Assembly (NCBI RefSeq): GCF_004010195.1
Contig: NC_057718.1
Location: 92,206,044 to 92,270,043 of the forward strand
Direction of reading: 5' to 3'
DNA: 64,000 nucleotides
From: Chiloscyllium plagiosum
Taxonomy: Eukaryota
Under the pieces are notes generated by a model, which saw only the letters and a list, made by a program, of their open reading frames with translations, was not told the DNA's origin and did no database searches. This document shows positions 36,156-49,061 of this stretch, one piece after another (the first letter of the stretch is position 1; every line of letters begins with the position of its first letter). The position numbers and the translations under genes were made by a program.

Positions 36156-38277
36156 TTAAATTGCATCAAAATTCTGGAAAATAACAACATCAGTTATTAA
36201 GAACAAAAGGCTATCCTTTGGAAAGGAGCTTTTAGATGCGAATGTGGCTAACAATGTAAGTAAGGTCTTGTGACATTTTTTGATTAGAAATACTCATGCT
36301 GACATTTTCTGTGCAGACCCTTTTTATTATCCTGCCTTATTGCGTTGTAATGAAAGGAAGAAAGCAGTTTTGTTACTTTGACCAAGGTATATCAGTGCTT
36401 TGGGGATTTGTGGTGTGGCTACCTACTGTTGGATTCTCTGGTGGTCTGATTGGACATGTGAAAGTGTGACAGAATGCCTCAACACAGCAGGGGAGTGGTG
36501 GTGGGGGACTTTGTTGATGCAGAGTCCCTGGGTTGAGGAATGTACCCTCACAGGCTGCTGCGTACATGATTGTTTCTATTTAATACGAAAGTCTTCCTAA
36601 TTAAGGTAGTCTATCTAATTATGCACAGTTTTGTCAAATATTTCTCCAACTGCTTGCAGTGCAACCTGGTGCAGTTGATCAAAGCCACTGTGCACTGTGA
36701 TTAGGGATGCTGGGTTTGATAGGCCTGACAAGCATTTCATCTCGCCTGGGTGCATCTGTCTCCGAGTGCTGCGCTGTGCTCCCTCTCTCATTTGCTCCAC
36801 TGCTCGTATCAAACACAGAACATAATTACTAAAGTTAGGAAAACATCTCAATAATTAGCAAGGCAACTGTGAGCACAAGAAATGGAAATTAGTCACAGTA
36901 TAATAAATTAGCTCGTGCATATATTAAGTGCAATGAACACCCTGGAGGACTTATATTAGTAGCCTTAGATTTGCACTCCCATGTATCTCAATAAACCATT
37001 CATCCCCTGGTGATTATATTCTACTGAAAGGAATTTTACTGAATTGCAAATTCTGTAATTCACTTGTACACATAATTTAGTTAAAGACTGAGGCTTATTG
37101 AATGCATCAGTTCTGAAATTGTGTAACAGCAGTCTCTTCCTCCTTCCAAATGCTGTTTTCCTGCAGGCAATTAAAATATTATTAATCCAGGGTTCTCGGT
37201 GCTGGAATTATATTTTTTCAAACAAAACTGTTTAATTAATTATAATCAGTAGTTTTCATTTGGACCTATGATTTGTAGCAATTAGCTTCAGAGGGATAAG
37301 AGATAATTTAGGTGTCTTTCTTTTATTCAGCAGTAAAGGACAGGATATAGGAGGAAAACAAACACAGTGTAACAACATTTGCATTGAAATAATACCACAG
37401 GCAGGGGAGATCAGCGCGAGAGTACTGGGAAGGAAGCTGTGGAATACAAATGAAAAGGAGTAATGTAAATTGTCTTTTGTCATTAAGCTTCAATGACCAT
37501 TTAAACCGGGCACAATGCATCACGGTACTGTGGTTTTTGATGAGCATCATCCAGTTTGATTATTCGCACTTCTGTGTACGCTTGAATTAAAGCAGAAGTA
37601 CTAAAGCCTGTTAGAGTAAAATACTTAAATTGCCAGTGAACTCTCACCTTTCACTCGCATCCATTTACTTTTCAAATGAATAGAAAATACAGTCTGTGCG
37701 TCTCATAATGGATCTTTTTGTAGAGAGTGTGGTCATTACACACTAATTTTAATCTGAACCTCTGCTGTAGAAATGCTGAATGCTGAACAGTAACCAACTT
37801 AGCCAGATTACATAGAATCCAACAAAGTGTGCTCACGGATAAGGTGCACTCGAGGGCAAGAATTTACTCTTTTGGCAACACTTGAGGCAAATCAATATGT
37901 TGAATAGCGATGCCAAAAGCTTACTTAAGTACAGGGAAAAAGTATATGTTCCTGATTCATTGCGAGGAATGTTCATATCTATTATATTGGGCTTTAAACA
38001 TGATACTGTATATAATTGGAAAGGGGATCAGTTAGCTCAGGAGGCTAGATGTTTAGGATATGGTGTAGAATAAAGTTATCTTCAGTTCCTGTGTCAGTTT
38101 AGGTAGTGTCCTGTCTCCCTGCTTTTCCCCCTAATATTATGCAACATAATACGTAATGAGCAATTTTCACACAATTAGTATATTATATAGAAGGGAGTGG
38201 AGTGGTTGGAAGCTGTACCCTGTATAGAGTTCATTGTTTAGTTTGGTCCTGTTCTGTGGAGTGGTCGTGTGGGAGAT

Positions 38278-38725
38278 CATTTGATTTGATTTGATTTATT
38301 ATTGTCATGTGTACCTAGCTACAGTGCAAAAATCTGTTTTGCGTGCAGTACAGACAGATTATACCAGACAAAAATCATCGGGTGATAGAACAGAGCGAGA
38401 AAAACAAAGTTATGGCTGCAAAGAAGGTGCACGAAAGCAAGATCAACATTAGATTTGAAATTTGAAAGGTCCAATCAGAAGTCTAATAATGGTGGGGAAG
38501 AAGGTGTTCTTGAACATGTTGGTATGAGTGTTTAAGCGTTTGTATCTACTGCTTGATGGAAGAGGTTGGAAGAGAGTATAACTGAGGTGGAAGGGATGTT
38601 TGATGATGCCAACTGCTTTTCCGAGGCAGCAAGAGGTGTCGATGGAGTCAATGCATGGAAGGTTGGCTTGCGTGATGGACTGAGCTGTGTACACACTCTG
38701 TAGTTTTGGACAGGTAGTAGATCAT
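38278..38725 (-). mobile_element. Rex1/Babar-type LINE 3' end
   Basis: Minus ORF LFQPLPSSSRYKRLNTHTNMFKNTFFPTIIRLL resembles the Rex1 C-terminus. (tcaaa)n tail at 38280-38296. Confidence 0.75.
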
Positions 38726-38949
38726 AGTTAGGACTCCCATTCAGGTGAGTCCACAATCCCAATCTTTCATAGGGAGGGAAATTCTGCGAAGATTTCACCA
38801 CGAGGTAGAGGTGAAAATCAGAAAGAGCTATCTAACATTCTCAGTGTGCAACTTCTGGTAATTAGTTATTGGAAGTGGCATCCACCAGACTTTCGTCCTT
38901 CCATTCTCTGCTGACTGCATGGCACCTGGGGGTATTAGTCATGCCAGCC

Positions 38950-39300
38950 TTGGCTCTTTGGTATCTTGTCTTGGTGTCAGAGATTGTGGGTCTAGCCCAC
39001 TGCAGCACTATTGGAGATTATGCATTTTTGATGTATTTTTAAACCAAAGCCTTGTTTATGCTCAGACAGATTCCCATGGCACTGTTTTGAAGAGGAGAAG
39101 AAGAGTTCTGTCTGGTAGTTTGGCCAATATTTATCCCTCAATCAACACAAATGTAGGTTGTTATTATTTTTTGATGGTGTCTGTGGGATATTGTACACAA
39201 ATTGGGCTGTGTTGTTTCTGATACTGTAACAGAGACTTCAAAAGCCCTTTTTAGTTGTAGAACATACTGGAAAGCTGTAAGGTCCTGAAAGACACTGGTC
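38950..39300 (+). mobile_element. Deu-domain SINE (SacSINE1-like)
   Basis: gattcccatggcactgttttgaagaggag...tggccaatatttatccctcaatcaaca Deu core. Confidence 0.7.
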
Positions 39301-39547
39301 TCTCAAAAACAAATCAAAACAAGAATGTTGGAGGAAACACAAAATACCTTTAGTGGGTTTTTTAATGACATAATAGATGCAATATCCTTCCATTTCATTC
39401 TGGTGCAGTATTAACCTCCATTTGGCATAAACGGAAAATGTTCCCATTCAAAATATTTAATACTTTCTTTATGAGCAACAAATTCTGCTAAAATGTAATA
39501 AAATTCTGCCAACTCTGAAAATAATTGGACAATCTCTATGTAAGACT

Positions 39548-39745
39548 CACCAAGACCACAAGACATAAAACATAAGAGCAGAAATTAGGCCATTCAGCCC
39601 ATCAAGTCTGCTCTGCCACTCAGTGATGGCTGATAAGTTTCTAAACCCCATTCTCCAGCTTTCTCCCCGTAACCCTTGATCCCCTTTACAATCATGAATC
39701 TATTTATCTCAGTCTTAAATATACTCAATGACCTAGCCTCCACAT
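39548..39745 (-). mobile_element. CR1 LINE 3' tail
   Basis: cataagagcagaaattaggccattcagccc...tctcagtcttaaatatactcaatgacc. Confidence 0.8.
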
Positions 39746-40019
39746 AAATTAAACTGAAGCAAAGTTCTAATTCAAATATTAATGAGGATTTTTCTTTAGA
39801 AGTTTCTTAAAGTATTACTCACCAGTAAATTCCTCTGTAAGGTGTCTAGAATCTCATCTTGTGGACTGGAGAGAAAATTTGATTTCTAAAGTTACATTTT
39901 TTCACCAAGAATCTTGAACATTTTTCCATTCAAGTGGGCATATTGCATTTATGATGTGATACCTTTTTGCTTAAAAACCTTATTAAATTTTAATTAATAA
40001 TAGAATGATTTAATTATTG

Positions 40020-40468
40020 GTTGCCTTTGGAATACTGTATTTGATTCCAGTCTCTTTATTATAGAAAAGATATTGTTAAATTTGAAAGGGTTCAGAAAAG
40101 ATTTACAAGAATGTTGCCATGATTGGAGTGTTTGAGCTATAGGGAGAGGCTGAATAGGATGGGGCTGTTTTCCCTGGAGTGCCAGAGGGCATGGGTTTGA
40201 GGTGAGAGGGGAAAGATTTAAAAGGGACCTAAGGGGCAATTATTTCACAGCAGAGGGTGGTACATGTGTAGAATAAGCTACCAGTGAAAGTGGTGGAGTC
40301 TGGTACAATTTACAACATTTAAAAGACATTCTGATTATGAATAAAAAGGGTTTAGAGGGATATGGGCCAAATGCTGGCAAATAGAACTAGCTTAATTTAG
40401 GATATCCGATCGATGTGGACCAATGGGTCTGTTTCCGAGCTGTACATCTCTATGAATATGACTCTATA
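40020..40468 (+). mobile_element. CR1/HER1 LINE 3' end with internal deletion
   Basis: LEYCI...RKDIVKFERVQKRFTRML and a tail ending ctctatgaatatgactctat. Confidence 0.9.
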
Positions 40469-42092
40469 ACCACGTTTAAAGTTGATAAATCACAGCCACA
40501 AAGCACCATTACAATGATCCAGGTCTCCAGACAGTTGAAGAACCAGATATAGCCTCAAAGACATTTGACGGGACTTTTGGAAGTCCCAACTCATTGACTA
40601 CCCAGTAATTGCTCCAGCAATTTTAACTTCCAGTGGGCAATTTCCATTTATTCGGAAGCCTTTGAAAAAATCTACACATCTAAGTTAGCATCGGAAACCT
40701 CAAATGGTTCTTACACCTAATAGTTAGTGAGGAAAAGTCAGAGGATTAAAACTTCTGTATATCCTGGCTAACTATAAGGTTGATTCTCACTCCCATAACT
40801 TACACTAACCCCCATTCACCTGTGCTAATTCCCTCTCAATACCTGACCCTCCAACCTCAAATACAACCTGGTTATCTGATGAAACCCTGTCACCTTCCCT
40901 CCTCACCCTTACCACTTCTTTCTCTCTTCTTCAATGATTCCCTGGCAGTGAAAAGTTGAAGCTAACATGTAGGCTTTCCTGAGAACCCATTAGTATATTG
41001 TCAGAAGTCTTTGAGAGAAAATTAACCTGCTGATTTACTCGATAGACTGTTGAGATGTGGTAATTTAGAACAGAGCACAATTTTACATTAGTTTCCTTTG
41101 AGTTGAACACAGTATTACATTAAGAGAACCTTTTACCTTTTAAAAGAAACCCACTGAACTACAGCTTTTACAATTTCACTATTAATGGGGAGAAAGGCTT
41201 GGGACAGAAAAGTCAGCCAGCATTAAGTAGAATAGTTATTTTGTTTCAGAAAATGTCACATGTTCTCCAAATTTTTGTCATCAATGTTGGAGTGTCGAAA
41301 TAGCAAAAGTGCTGCCTCAAGATAGGCAGACTGCCTAGTGTGGCCCCCATTCTAGTCTAGACTTCAAAGGAAACAACCAGAAAATCAAGGCTACTTCCAT
41401 TGTAACACCACACCTGAATGTTTTTATTTGGATTCTTTTGCTCTGCAGATCCTTGGGTTTTCAAATTCTTCCTTTATTTTGTAACGTTTCTTTCTGGAGT
41501 CGGAGCACAATTTGATTTGGCAGCAGAATAAATTTGCTTGGCCTTTGGTCTTGTGCCATGTTAATGGATCCCAATGACAATAATGATAGAAACACTAAAT
41601 TTATTCAGCATGCCTGGACTACAAAGAGGAATATATAGGTCAGGAATGTGCTGTTTTTGGGGATAAAAATAGGGGGAAGGGGATGGATTTCAGCTGACCA
41701 GCAGCCTGCCCTTCAAGGATTCTTAAAACTTTGCTTAATCAGAAATTGGTTTAGTTAATGTTTTGGGTTCCCTCAGCAGCCAACTAAACCAATTATTACA
41801 AAAACATACATTTCTGAAGAAACTCAGTGTGTCTAGAAGCATCCGTGGAGAGTAAGCGAGTTAACATTTCAGGTCCAGTGACCCTTCTTCAGTACTGATT
41901 GAGGTTAGGAAAAGGTTGGGAAAAACGCTGAAGTTGGAGTGTTAGGAGTAAACAGTAGGTGGAGATGGAGCCCAGAGAGAGAATAGCAGTTGGACAGACA
42001 AAAGATTAGGTCATGGTCAGTCTGGGAGAATCAATAGCTGCTAATTGGGAACATTAGTACCTAACAATGTGTAGGTTGCAGTAGCAGTTGTA

Positions 42093-42868
42093 GTCGAAAA
42101 GTGTGGCGCTGGAAAATCAGAGCAGGTCAAGCAGCATTTGAGGATCAGGAAAGTCAATGTCTCGGGCATAAGTCCTTCATCAGGAATGTGGAAGGGAAGG
42201 AAGATGGACTGGTAGGACAGGTCAGGAGGGCAGTGCTGAGTTGGAGGGTTGGATCTGGGATGAGGTGGAGGAAGGAGAAATTTGGAAACTGGTGAAGTCA
42301 ATGTTGATGCCATGTGGTTGAATGAGTCCCAAGGTAGAAGATGAGGCATTCTTCTTCCAGTTGTCGGGTGGCTAGGATTTGGTGGTGGAGGAGACCCAGG
42401 ACTTGCATGTCCCTCGGGGAGTGGGAGGGGGAGTTGAACTGTTCAGGCACAGGGCAGTGGGGTTCTTTGGTGCATGTTCCCTGAAACGTTCCACAAGTTG
42501 GCATCCTGTCTCTCCAATGCAGAGGAGGCCACATCGAGAGCAACGGACATAGTAGATTAGGTGGGTGGATACACAGGAAAATCTCCGCCTGATGTGAAAA
42601 GACCCTTTGGAGCCTTGGATGGAGGTAAGGAGGGTTGTGAGCACAAGTTTTACACCTCTTGCGGTGTAAGGGAAGGTGCTGGGTGTAGAGGGTGACTTGG
42701 TGGGATGGGGGGGTGTTTGGCCGTGGACCCAATGAGGGAGTCACGGAGAGAATGGTCTCTGTGGAACGCAGATAGGTGTGGGGAGGGAAATATACCTTTG
42801 GTGGTGGAGTCTGATTGTAGGTGGCGGATAATGCGCTGTATCCAGAGATTAGTAGGGTGGAAGGTGAC
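42093..42868 (-). mobile_element. Penelope-like element (family A), left inverted arm with GIY-YIG remnant
   Basis: IQGSKGSFHIRRRFSCVSTHLIYYVRCSRCGLLCIGETGCQLVERFREH and RQLEEECLIFYLGT; pLTR at 42093-42186. Confidence 0.9.
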
Positions 42869-43690
42869 GTCTGGGATAGAACTGCCTTCGTTAGGTACAT
42901 ACTCCCGGCCAACCCACCCTCTACACCCGGAACCTTCCCTTGCTGCTGCAAGAGGTGTAAACCTGTGACCGCCCCTCCCACCTCAACTCCATCCAAGGTC
43001 CCAAAGGATCCTTCCAGACCTGGCAAAGATTTTCCTGCACATCCAAACACCTCATCTACTGTGTCTGTTGCTCTTGATGTGGTCACCTTTACATCGGGTA
43101 GACAGGATGCCAACTCACGGATGTTTCAGGGAACATCTCTGAGACACACGCACCAAATAACCCCACTGCCCTGTGGCTGACCACTTAAACTCCCCCTCCC
43201 CGAAGGACATGCACCTCCTGGGCCTCTTCCACCGCCTAATCGAAGCCACCCAATGCCTGGAGGAAAACTGTCTCATCTTCCGCCTTGGGACCTTTCAACC
43301 ACACGGCTTCAACATTGACATCATTAGTTTTCAAATCTCCCCTCCCCTCATCTCATCCCAGATCCAACCCTCCAACTCAGCACCACCCTGTTGACCTGTC
43401 CTATCTGTCAATCTTCCTTCCCACCTATCTGCTCCACCCTCCCCAGCAACCTATCACTATTACCACCCCCACCTGCATCCACCTTTGACTTTCCCACCCA
43501 CCTTCTCCCCAATCCCACACCCAGCCCTCGATTTATCTCTGAGCCACTGTCCCCCAACACTCCTGATGAAGGGCTTAAACCCAAAACATCAACTCTCTTG
43601 CTCCTCGGATGTTGCCTGACCTGCTGTGCTTTTCCAGCACCACACTTCTAGACTCTGACTCTCCAGCATCTGCAGTCCTCATTTTCTCTC
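42869..43690 (+). mobile_element. Penelope-like element (family A), right arm
   Basis: PGTFPCCCKRCK, ADHLNSPS...LEENCLIFRLGTFQPHGFNID; pLTR with hammerhead remnant at 43561-43690. Confidence 0.9.
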
Positions 43691-44718
43691 AGGTTGCAGT
43701 AGTAGCCCATGTGACGAAAAGGCTAACTGTGTGGGGATTGGGAGAAGGATGTGGAAGAAGGTGCTCAGGTCTTGTAATGAATGAACTCGATATTGAGACC
43801 TGAAGGCTGCAGGGTCCGCATAGGGAGAAAGCGACGCTGTCCTTCCAGTTTGCGTTGAGCTTCACTGGAAGACCGCAACAAGCTCTAGATACAGATATTG
43901 GCCAAGGAACATGGTGGTGTTTTTATGTTTTTTTACTTGTTAAAACAAGTGGCGGGTGGTTTACTTGTGTATGGAAGTACACCACACTGTTGCGAAAGTG
44001 TAACCCCAAGGAGAGCAGCAGCTACCATGCCTACTTTGCCCAGGTTTGTGTAGTACGAATGTAACCTAAAAGATGGCTGCCATAGGAAAATAGAGTTAAA
44101 TTTAAACACCTCCCAACTCCACAGGCAAAATAGGCCGTCAGCTGCTAGATGAGACAGAGGGCCTAATTCAGGGCTAGTCTCAGACTTCTCGATTCTAGCT
44201 TCCAGCATGCTTTCCTATCCTAATATCCCTGGCATTCTCCTGTTGGTCACTATCTAATGCCCTCTGGTTGAAGATGCATTCAAGTAAGATTGAGCTGAGG
44301 ATTTGATTGAGTTCATGGTTTTAAAAAGCCTCCAAGGCTCATTTCATAGACTTAGATACGAAGAAATCACCCCCTTGAACAAGAAAATAAAAGGCTTGTG
44401 AAATACTTCCTCACTCTGAGAAAGAAATAAAGAAATTATTCGGAAAAAAAGCTACCATTTCATGAAGAAGATTTTCCTGCTCGTCCACCAGCCAATATTG
44501 AAACATCTGAGCACAGGAAAGAAAAGGAAATCTCAACCAGTTGGAACATGTCCAGCAAAGAGCCTGCCTGACTTTCTTGTAACGATTGAAGTGGGTGTTT
44601 AATCAGGTGGGTTTCTTTACAAAGCAGCCTTCCGGTATGCCTGTTTCTCCTTCCCAATGTGTCCAGATTGTGTTTGTTATTCACTGGCGCAGGGACAAGA
44701 AAATTTCCCTTCTTGTTT

Positions 44719-44737
44719 CACACACACACACACACAC
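44719..44737. repeat. (CA)n microsatellite
   Basis: cacacacacacacacaca run. Confidence 0.9.
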
Positions 44738-46634
44738 AAAGAAACTATAACGAATTGAGAAGGAAGCAGAACTACACTGTCCACCAGGTGGTTGAATTTA
44801 CTTTGTGGTCTGTTTTAGCTCCATGCTTGGCAGTAGGAACAGATATATACAAACATGAAAGCAAACATCAGTATTTCATCCAATAGATAAAGTAGGTTTA
44901 TTTGTTTTTGTTGTTTGCACTTCGCTGACCTTCTCTCTGTCCTATCATGAGTATATAAACCAAAATGTTTCATACACATTGTAGCTGCAAATGCTTTCTT
45001 GATCCACAAACACAAAACAAGGTCCCCAGAGAGAACCTTCACACCCTGATTCCTAAATTGGGGTCTCTACACTGTTTCCCGAAGGGGTTCCAATTGGCCT
45101 AACTTATTTAGCTACGCTGATGTCTAACAGCTACAGTGAATCATTCCAACATTATCTTGTTTACATCACTACATTTAGCAATTAAAATCGATGTATAAAG
45201 GCAGTGAGCTCTCATCAGTCCTACCTGGCTGAGAGAACGTAAGCTAAATGGGGCAGTTTTAAACTTAAGCAGTGCTCAAACCTTGTATGAGGTATAGCAG
45301 AGTCACAGTACAAACTAGGCATTGCAAACTGCTGGCAGAATTACCCCCACAGGCTAAACCTTACTGATCTTGCAGTGTGACCTATCGTAATGTGCAGCAT
45401 ACAAAAAAAATGTTGAGCTCTCAGTGCATCACTTAGCCATGGAGTGTGAGGCTGCTAACACTGCAAAGAAAGTGGAAGTGCACAGAATATGACACCTTAC
45501 AAAAAATGTTTACTGTTTCACTCTTGCTGGTCTTAACAGATGCTGGGGTGGACTGACACTGATGCATCTTCCTCAAGGTGCACTTCTTCATCAGTTAAGT
45601 GAATATACAAAGGTTGACTGAAAAACGTGATAGGGCTGGGAACTCAGCTGGATATTGTCTGCATAGATCCTATCACCCTTTCTGTTTGTCCAACACACAT
45701 ATAGTTTTTTTTACAGCAGGAATGATTGAAAATTATCGGGAGCAGGAGAAGCAACCTTCTGACTTTTTAACCAAAAAGATGCTGAAATATTTAGCCATGT
45801 TATATCTAATTCATGTTATAACTGTTGTGGTCAAGCCAGACTCCGAGTCAGAAATTTATGTTCATTAGAATAGAGTTGAGAAGTGCCCTTTTTGCCAACA
45901 GCCCCACAGCATAATACATTGACACTAGTTCTAATGTGCCCATGTCAGTGAGGAAGTTTGGTCGGGAAGTAACAGGGTTAATCTAGAATCTTCTCATCCA
46001 ATATAAGAGAGCACTGGGTGCATATTTGGTGTTTACAATGATTGAATTAGCCAAATCCTATTTTTATTGATGGATTTCCAGGATCACGATCAAAATTCCA
46101 GTTTCCAACACATTTTGGCATGTTGACTTTGTTTATTGCCACTCCTCCTCAATATAAATGTTTCCATTCGACAGAAAGTGACAGGTAGATAATGTACTAA
46201 CTAATCTCTCAGGATTGTTTCATGTTCTGTCTCCAACTGTTGATCAAGAATATTAATGATTGAAGCTGTTAATTTTTTCTCTCTTCCTTGATTTATTAAT
46301 TGCTTAGTGCTTTTTGGCTGATGATTGGGATCCAACTGTTTTTAATTGATTCTGCAAAGTTTGCAAAGCCATGACAGGGTAGCTTTCTAGCATCTTCTGG
46401 CTGCTGTATTTAAAACTTGATAAGAATAGACCATGTTTTATAATGAATCCCAAAAGTGAAAAACAAATGGCACTGCTCTGGATTAATTGAGCTCTTGCTG
46501 AAAGACACCTGTCTCTGCTAATTGTAAAGGTCCTCAGAGCTCTCCTTCCCGAACCTGACTTTTTCAGCATCCTCTCCTTACTCTTTGCAGTCTATCATTG
46601 ATGATGGAATCTTCATCTATTACTTCATTGTGTT

Positions 46635-47650
46635 CTGGAATTCTGGACAGGAAGCAGAGAGTTGGGATAATGAGACATTTAAATTGACAGGCAGCTTCTA
46701 ATGGAATGCCACAGGAATCAATGCTGGGGCCTGATTTATATTCATGACTTGGCTAAAGAGACAGAAAGTAATGTATCTGAGATTGCTGAAGACACAAATC
46801 TAAGTGGAAAATAAGCTGTAAGAAGTACACAGAGATGATGCAAAGAGATAAAAACAGATTATATGAGTTGGCATTAAGATAGTAGATGGAGTATAGTATA
46901 GGGAAGTGTGAAGTTATTCACTTTTGTCATAAGATTAGAAATGCATTTTTTTTTTATTTAGTGAAACTTGTAAGTGTTGCCAGTAAAAGAATAGCTCATA
47001 CAAGGAATGCAGAAAGCTGGCAATCAGGTGCAGCAAATGATTAGGATGGTAAATGATCTGATAGCCTTTACTGTAAGGGGATTGGAGTACAGGAATAAAG
47101 AAGTATTGCTAAAATTGTACATGGCTTTGGTGAGAGACCACATCCAGAATGCAGTGTGTACTGTGCAGTTTGGTCTCCACATTTACAGTAGGTTATACTT
47201 GCATTGCAGGCAGGACAGTTAATGTTCACTAAATCAGTCCCTGGGAAGAAGGTGCTGATGAATGATGAGACACTGAGTAAGTTGGAGTTTAGAAGAACGA
47301 GAGGCGATCTAATTGCAATGGGGTCTGAAGGGTTTGAAATGGCAGATGCAGAAAGATTGTTTCCACTAAAACTTAGGGGAAAAGTCTTAGGATAAAGAGC
47401 TGATCATTTTCATTTATGGCTGGTTTGAGAAGACATTATTTCACTCAAAGTGTTATGAATCAATGGAATTCTGTACCTGAGAAGGATGTGGATGCTCCAT
47501 CATTGAATACATTCAAGGCTGCAATAGACAGAGCTTTGGTCTTGCAGTGAATCAAGAGAAATGGGGAGTGAGCAGGAAGGTGGCTCAGGATCAACCATGA
47601 TCGAGTTCAGGAGAGGAGCAGGCCCAATCATCTACTCTTGCTACTATTCT
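46635..47650 (+). mobile_element. Old CR1 LINE RT and 3' end
   Basis: GMPQESMLGP, IAEDT, GLEYRNKEVLLKLYMALVR, LEFRRTRGDLI. Confidence 0.88.
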
Positions 47651-47971
47651 TTGTGCTATTGGGCTCTTATTGACTTTCTAACTTCTCTGTCTTGCTTTAT
47701 CTCCCCTCAAACCTTCTTCTATACCTTTAGTAACTTTCTTCAATCTTTCCAAAGTCAACAGATCAATCGACCTGCTTCCCTGTTGTGCTTCTGGACATTT
47801 CATTGTATTAGAAGCACAATACAGATTATTGTTGTTGATGCCAACACTGCTGCTGAGAATTTCCTCAGACTCTTCCTGAACCCACCATGTAAATTTGATG
47901 TAGATTCAATGGAAAGGTCTTTCATGTACATAAACAGGGTTACTACCAAATTTCTGGCAACAGCGAGGGTG

Positions 47972-48400
47972 AAGACAGGATCACAAAATTGTTAAAGTGC
48001 AGAAAGAGGCCACTTTGGCCCACCTTGTCTGTTCTCCAAATGAGTGGTTCACTCAGTGACATACTTATACATTTGCCCCTAACTTTGCATATCATTCCTT
48101 CCCAAATGACAGTCTAATCCCTATTTGAATGCCTCGATTGATTTTGCTGGCATCACGCTCTGCATTGGTGAATGTTGAGCCCATGAATTCGCTGTATGAA
48201 AATGTTTTTCTTCTCAAATTACCTTTTCCGCTTCTGTCAACTACATTAAAACCATGCTCTCTCATTCTCCATCACTTCATGAATGGAAACAGTTTTGCCC
48301 TCTCTACTCTATCTGTGTCTTTCTTCATTTTAAATACCTCTATCAAATCTCCCATTAGCTTTCTCTTGTCCATAGAAAACAGTCCTAAAATTTCCGTTAT
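47972..48400 (-). mobile_element. Old CR1 3' end
   Basis: acctctatcaaatctccc is GDLIEVFKM on the minus strand; tail at about 47980-48030. Confidence 0.7.
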
Positions 48401-49061
48401 AATATTTCTCCAAAATTTGATGAAATTCTAATCTAGGTACGAATCTCCTAAGTGGAAAAATATTCAATTTCTTAGAGCCAAGCTTGTTTCATCTTAATGA
48501 GAGTAAAAATTCACAAATTTAAAAGTATGTGGCTGCCATGCGAATTTTAAATCAGACAAAGAAGTAAATGACCTGTAGCTCAGTTAAACACATACACACA
48601 TAATTAAGCAAAATTCTCCTTAGACTTTTATGATCTGTATATTCAAATGACAAAAAAAATCATAGCACGTTAATGTATCACATATGGATTGTTTACCGAA
48701 ATATTTTCATGGCTTGAGGTGGACATTTATTCACCAAAGTATACTGCAAAACATGGACTCAGGGGGTATTTTAATATTTGGATGACCTTGAATCTGATGC
48801 GTCTTCTTTTTACCGTCATTGTTGTTGACTTTTTCATCGATGTTGATTAGAGAATTCTTCAGTCTTCATCATGCTCCATTAATATTGCCATGGTGTTAAA
48901 ACATGAACAGATTAACAAAAGCTCAATGGAAAATAATGATTACTACTTAAGCAAATCTCGACAAAGTTAAATGCATTACAAAGGATAACATCAAAACACA
49001 GCAAAAGCAGGGTCATTTGAAAACAGGTCATTAATTTACTGCTTCTGAAACCTCGCAGTTA

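Larger units (their letters stand above)
41815..43925 (-). mobile_element. Older Penelope-like element (family B) acting as host: pieces 41815-42087 and 43691-43925
   Basis: Minus frame QRKLEGQ...TLQPSGLNIEF (GIY-YIG C-terminus, about 43780-43860). Hammerhead core at 41863-41892. Confidence 0.72.

Noticed and set aside
42298..43113. 271-aa minus-strand ORF
   Set aside because: It reads across the junction of two inverted Penelope arms in shifting frames and is not a coherent protein.
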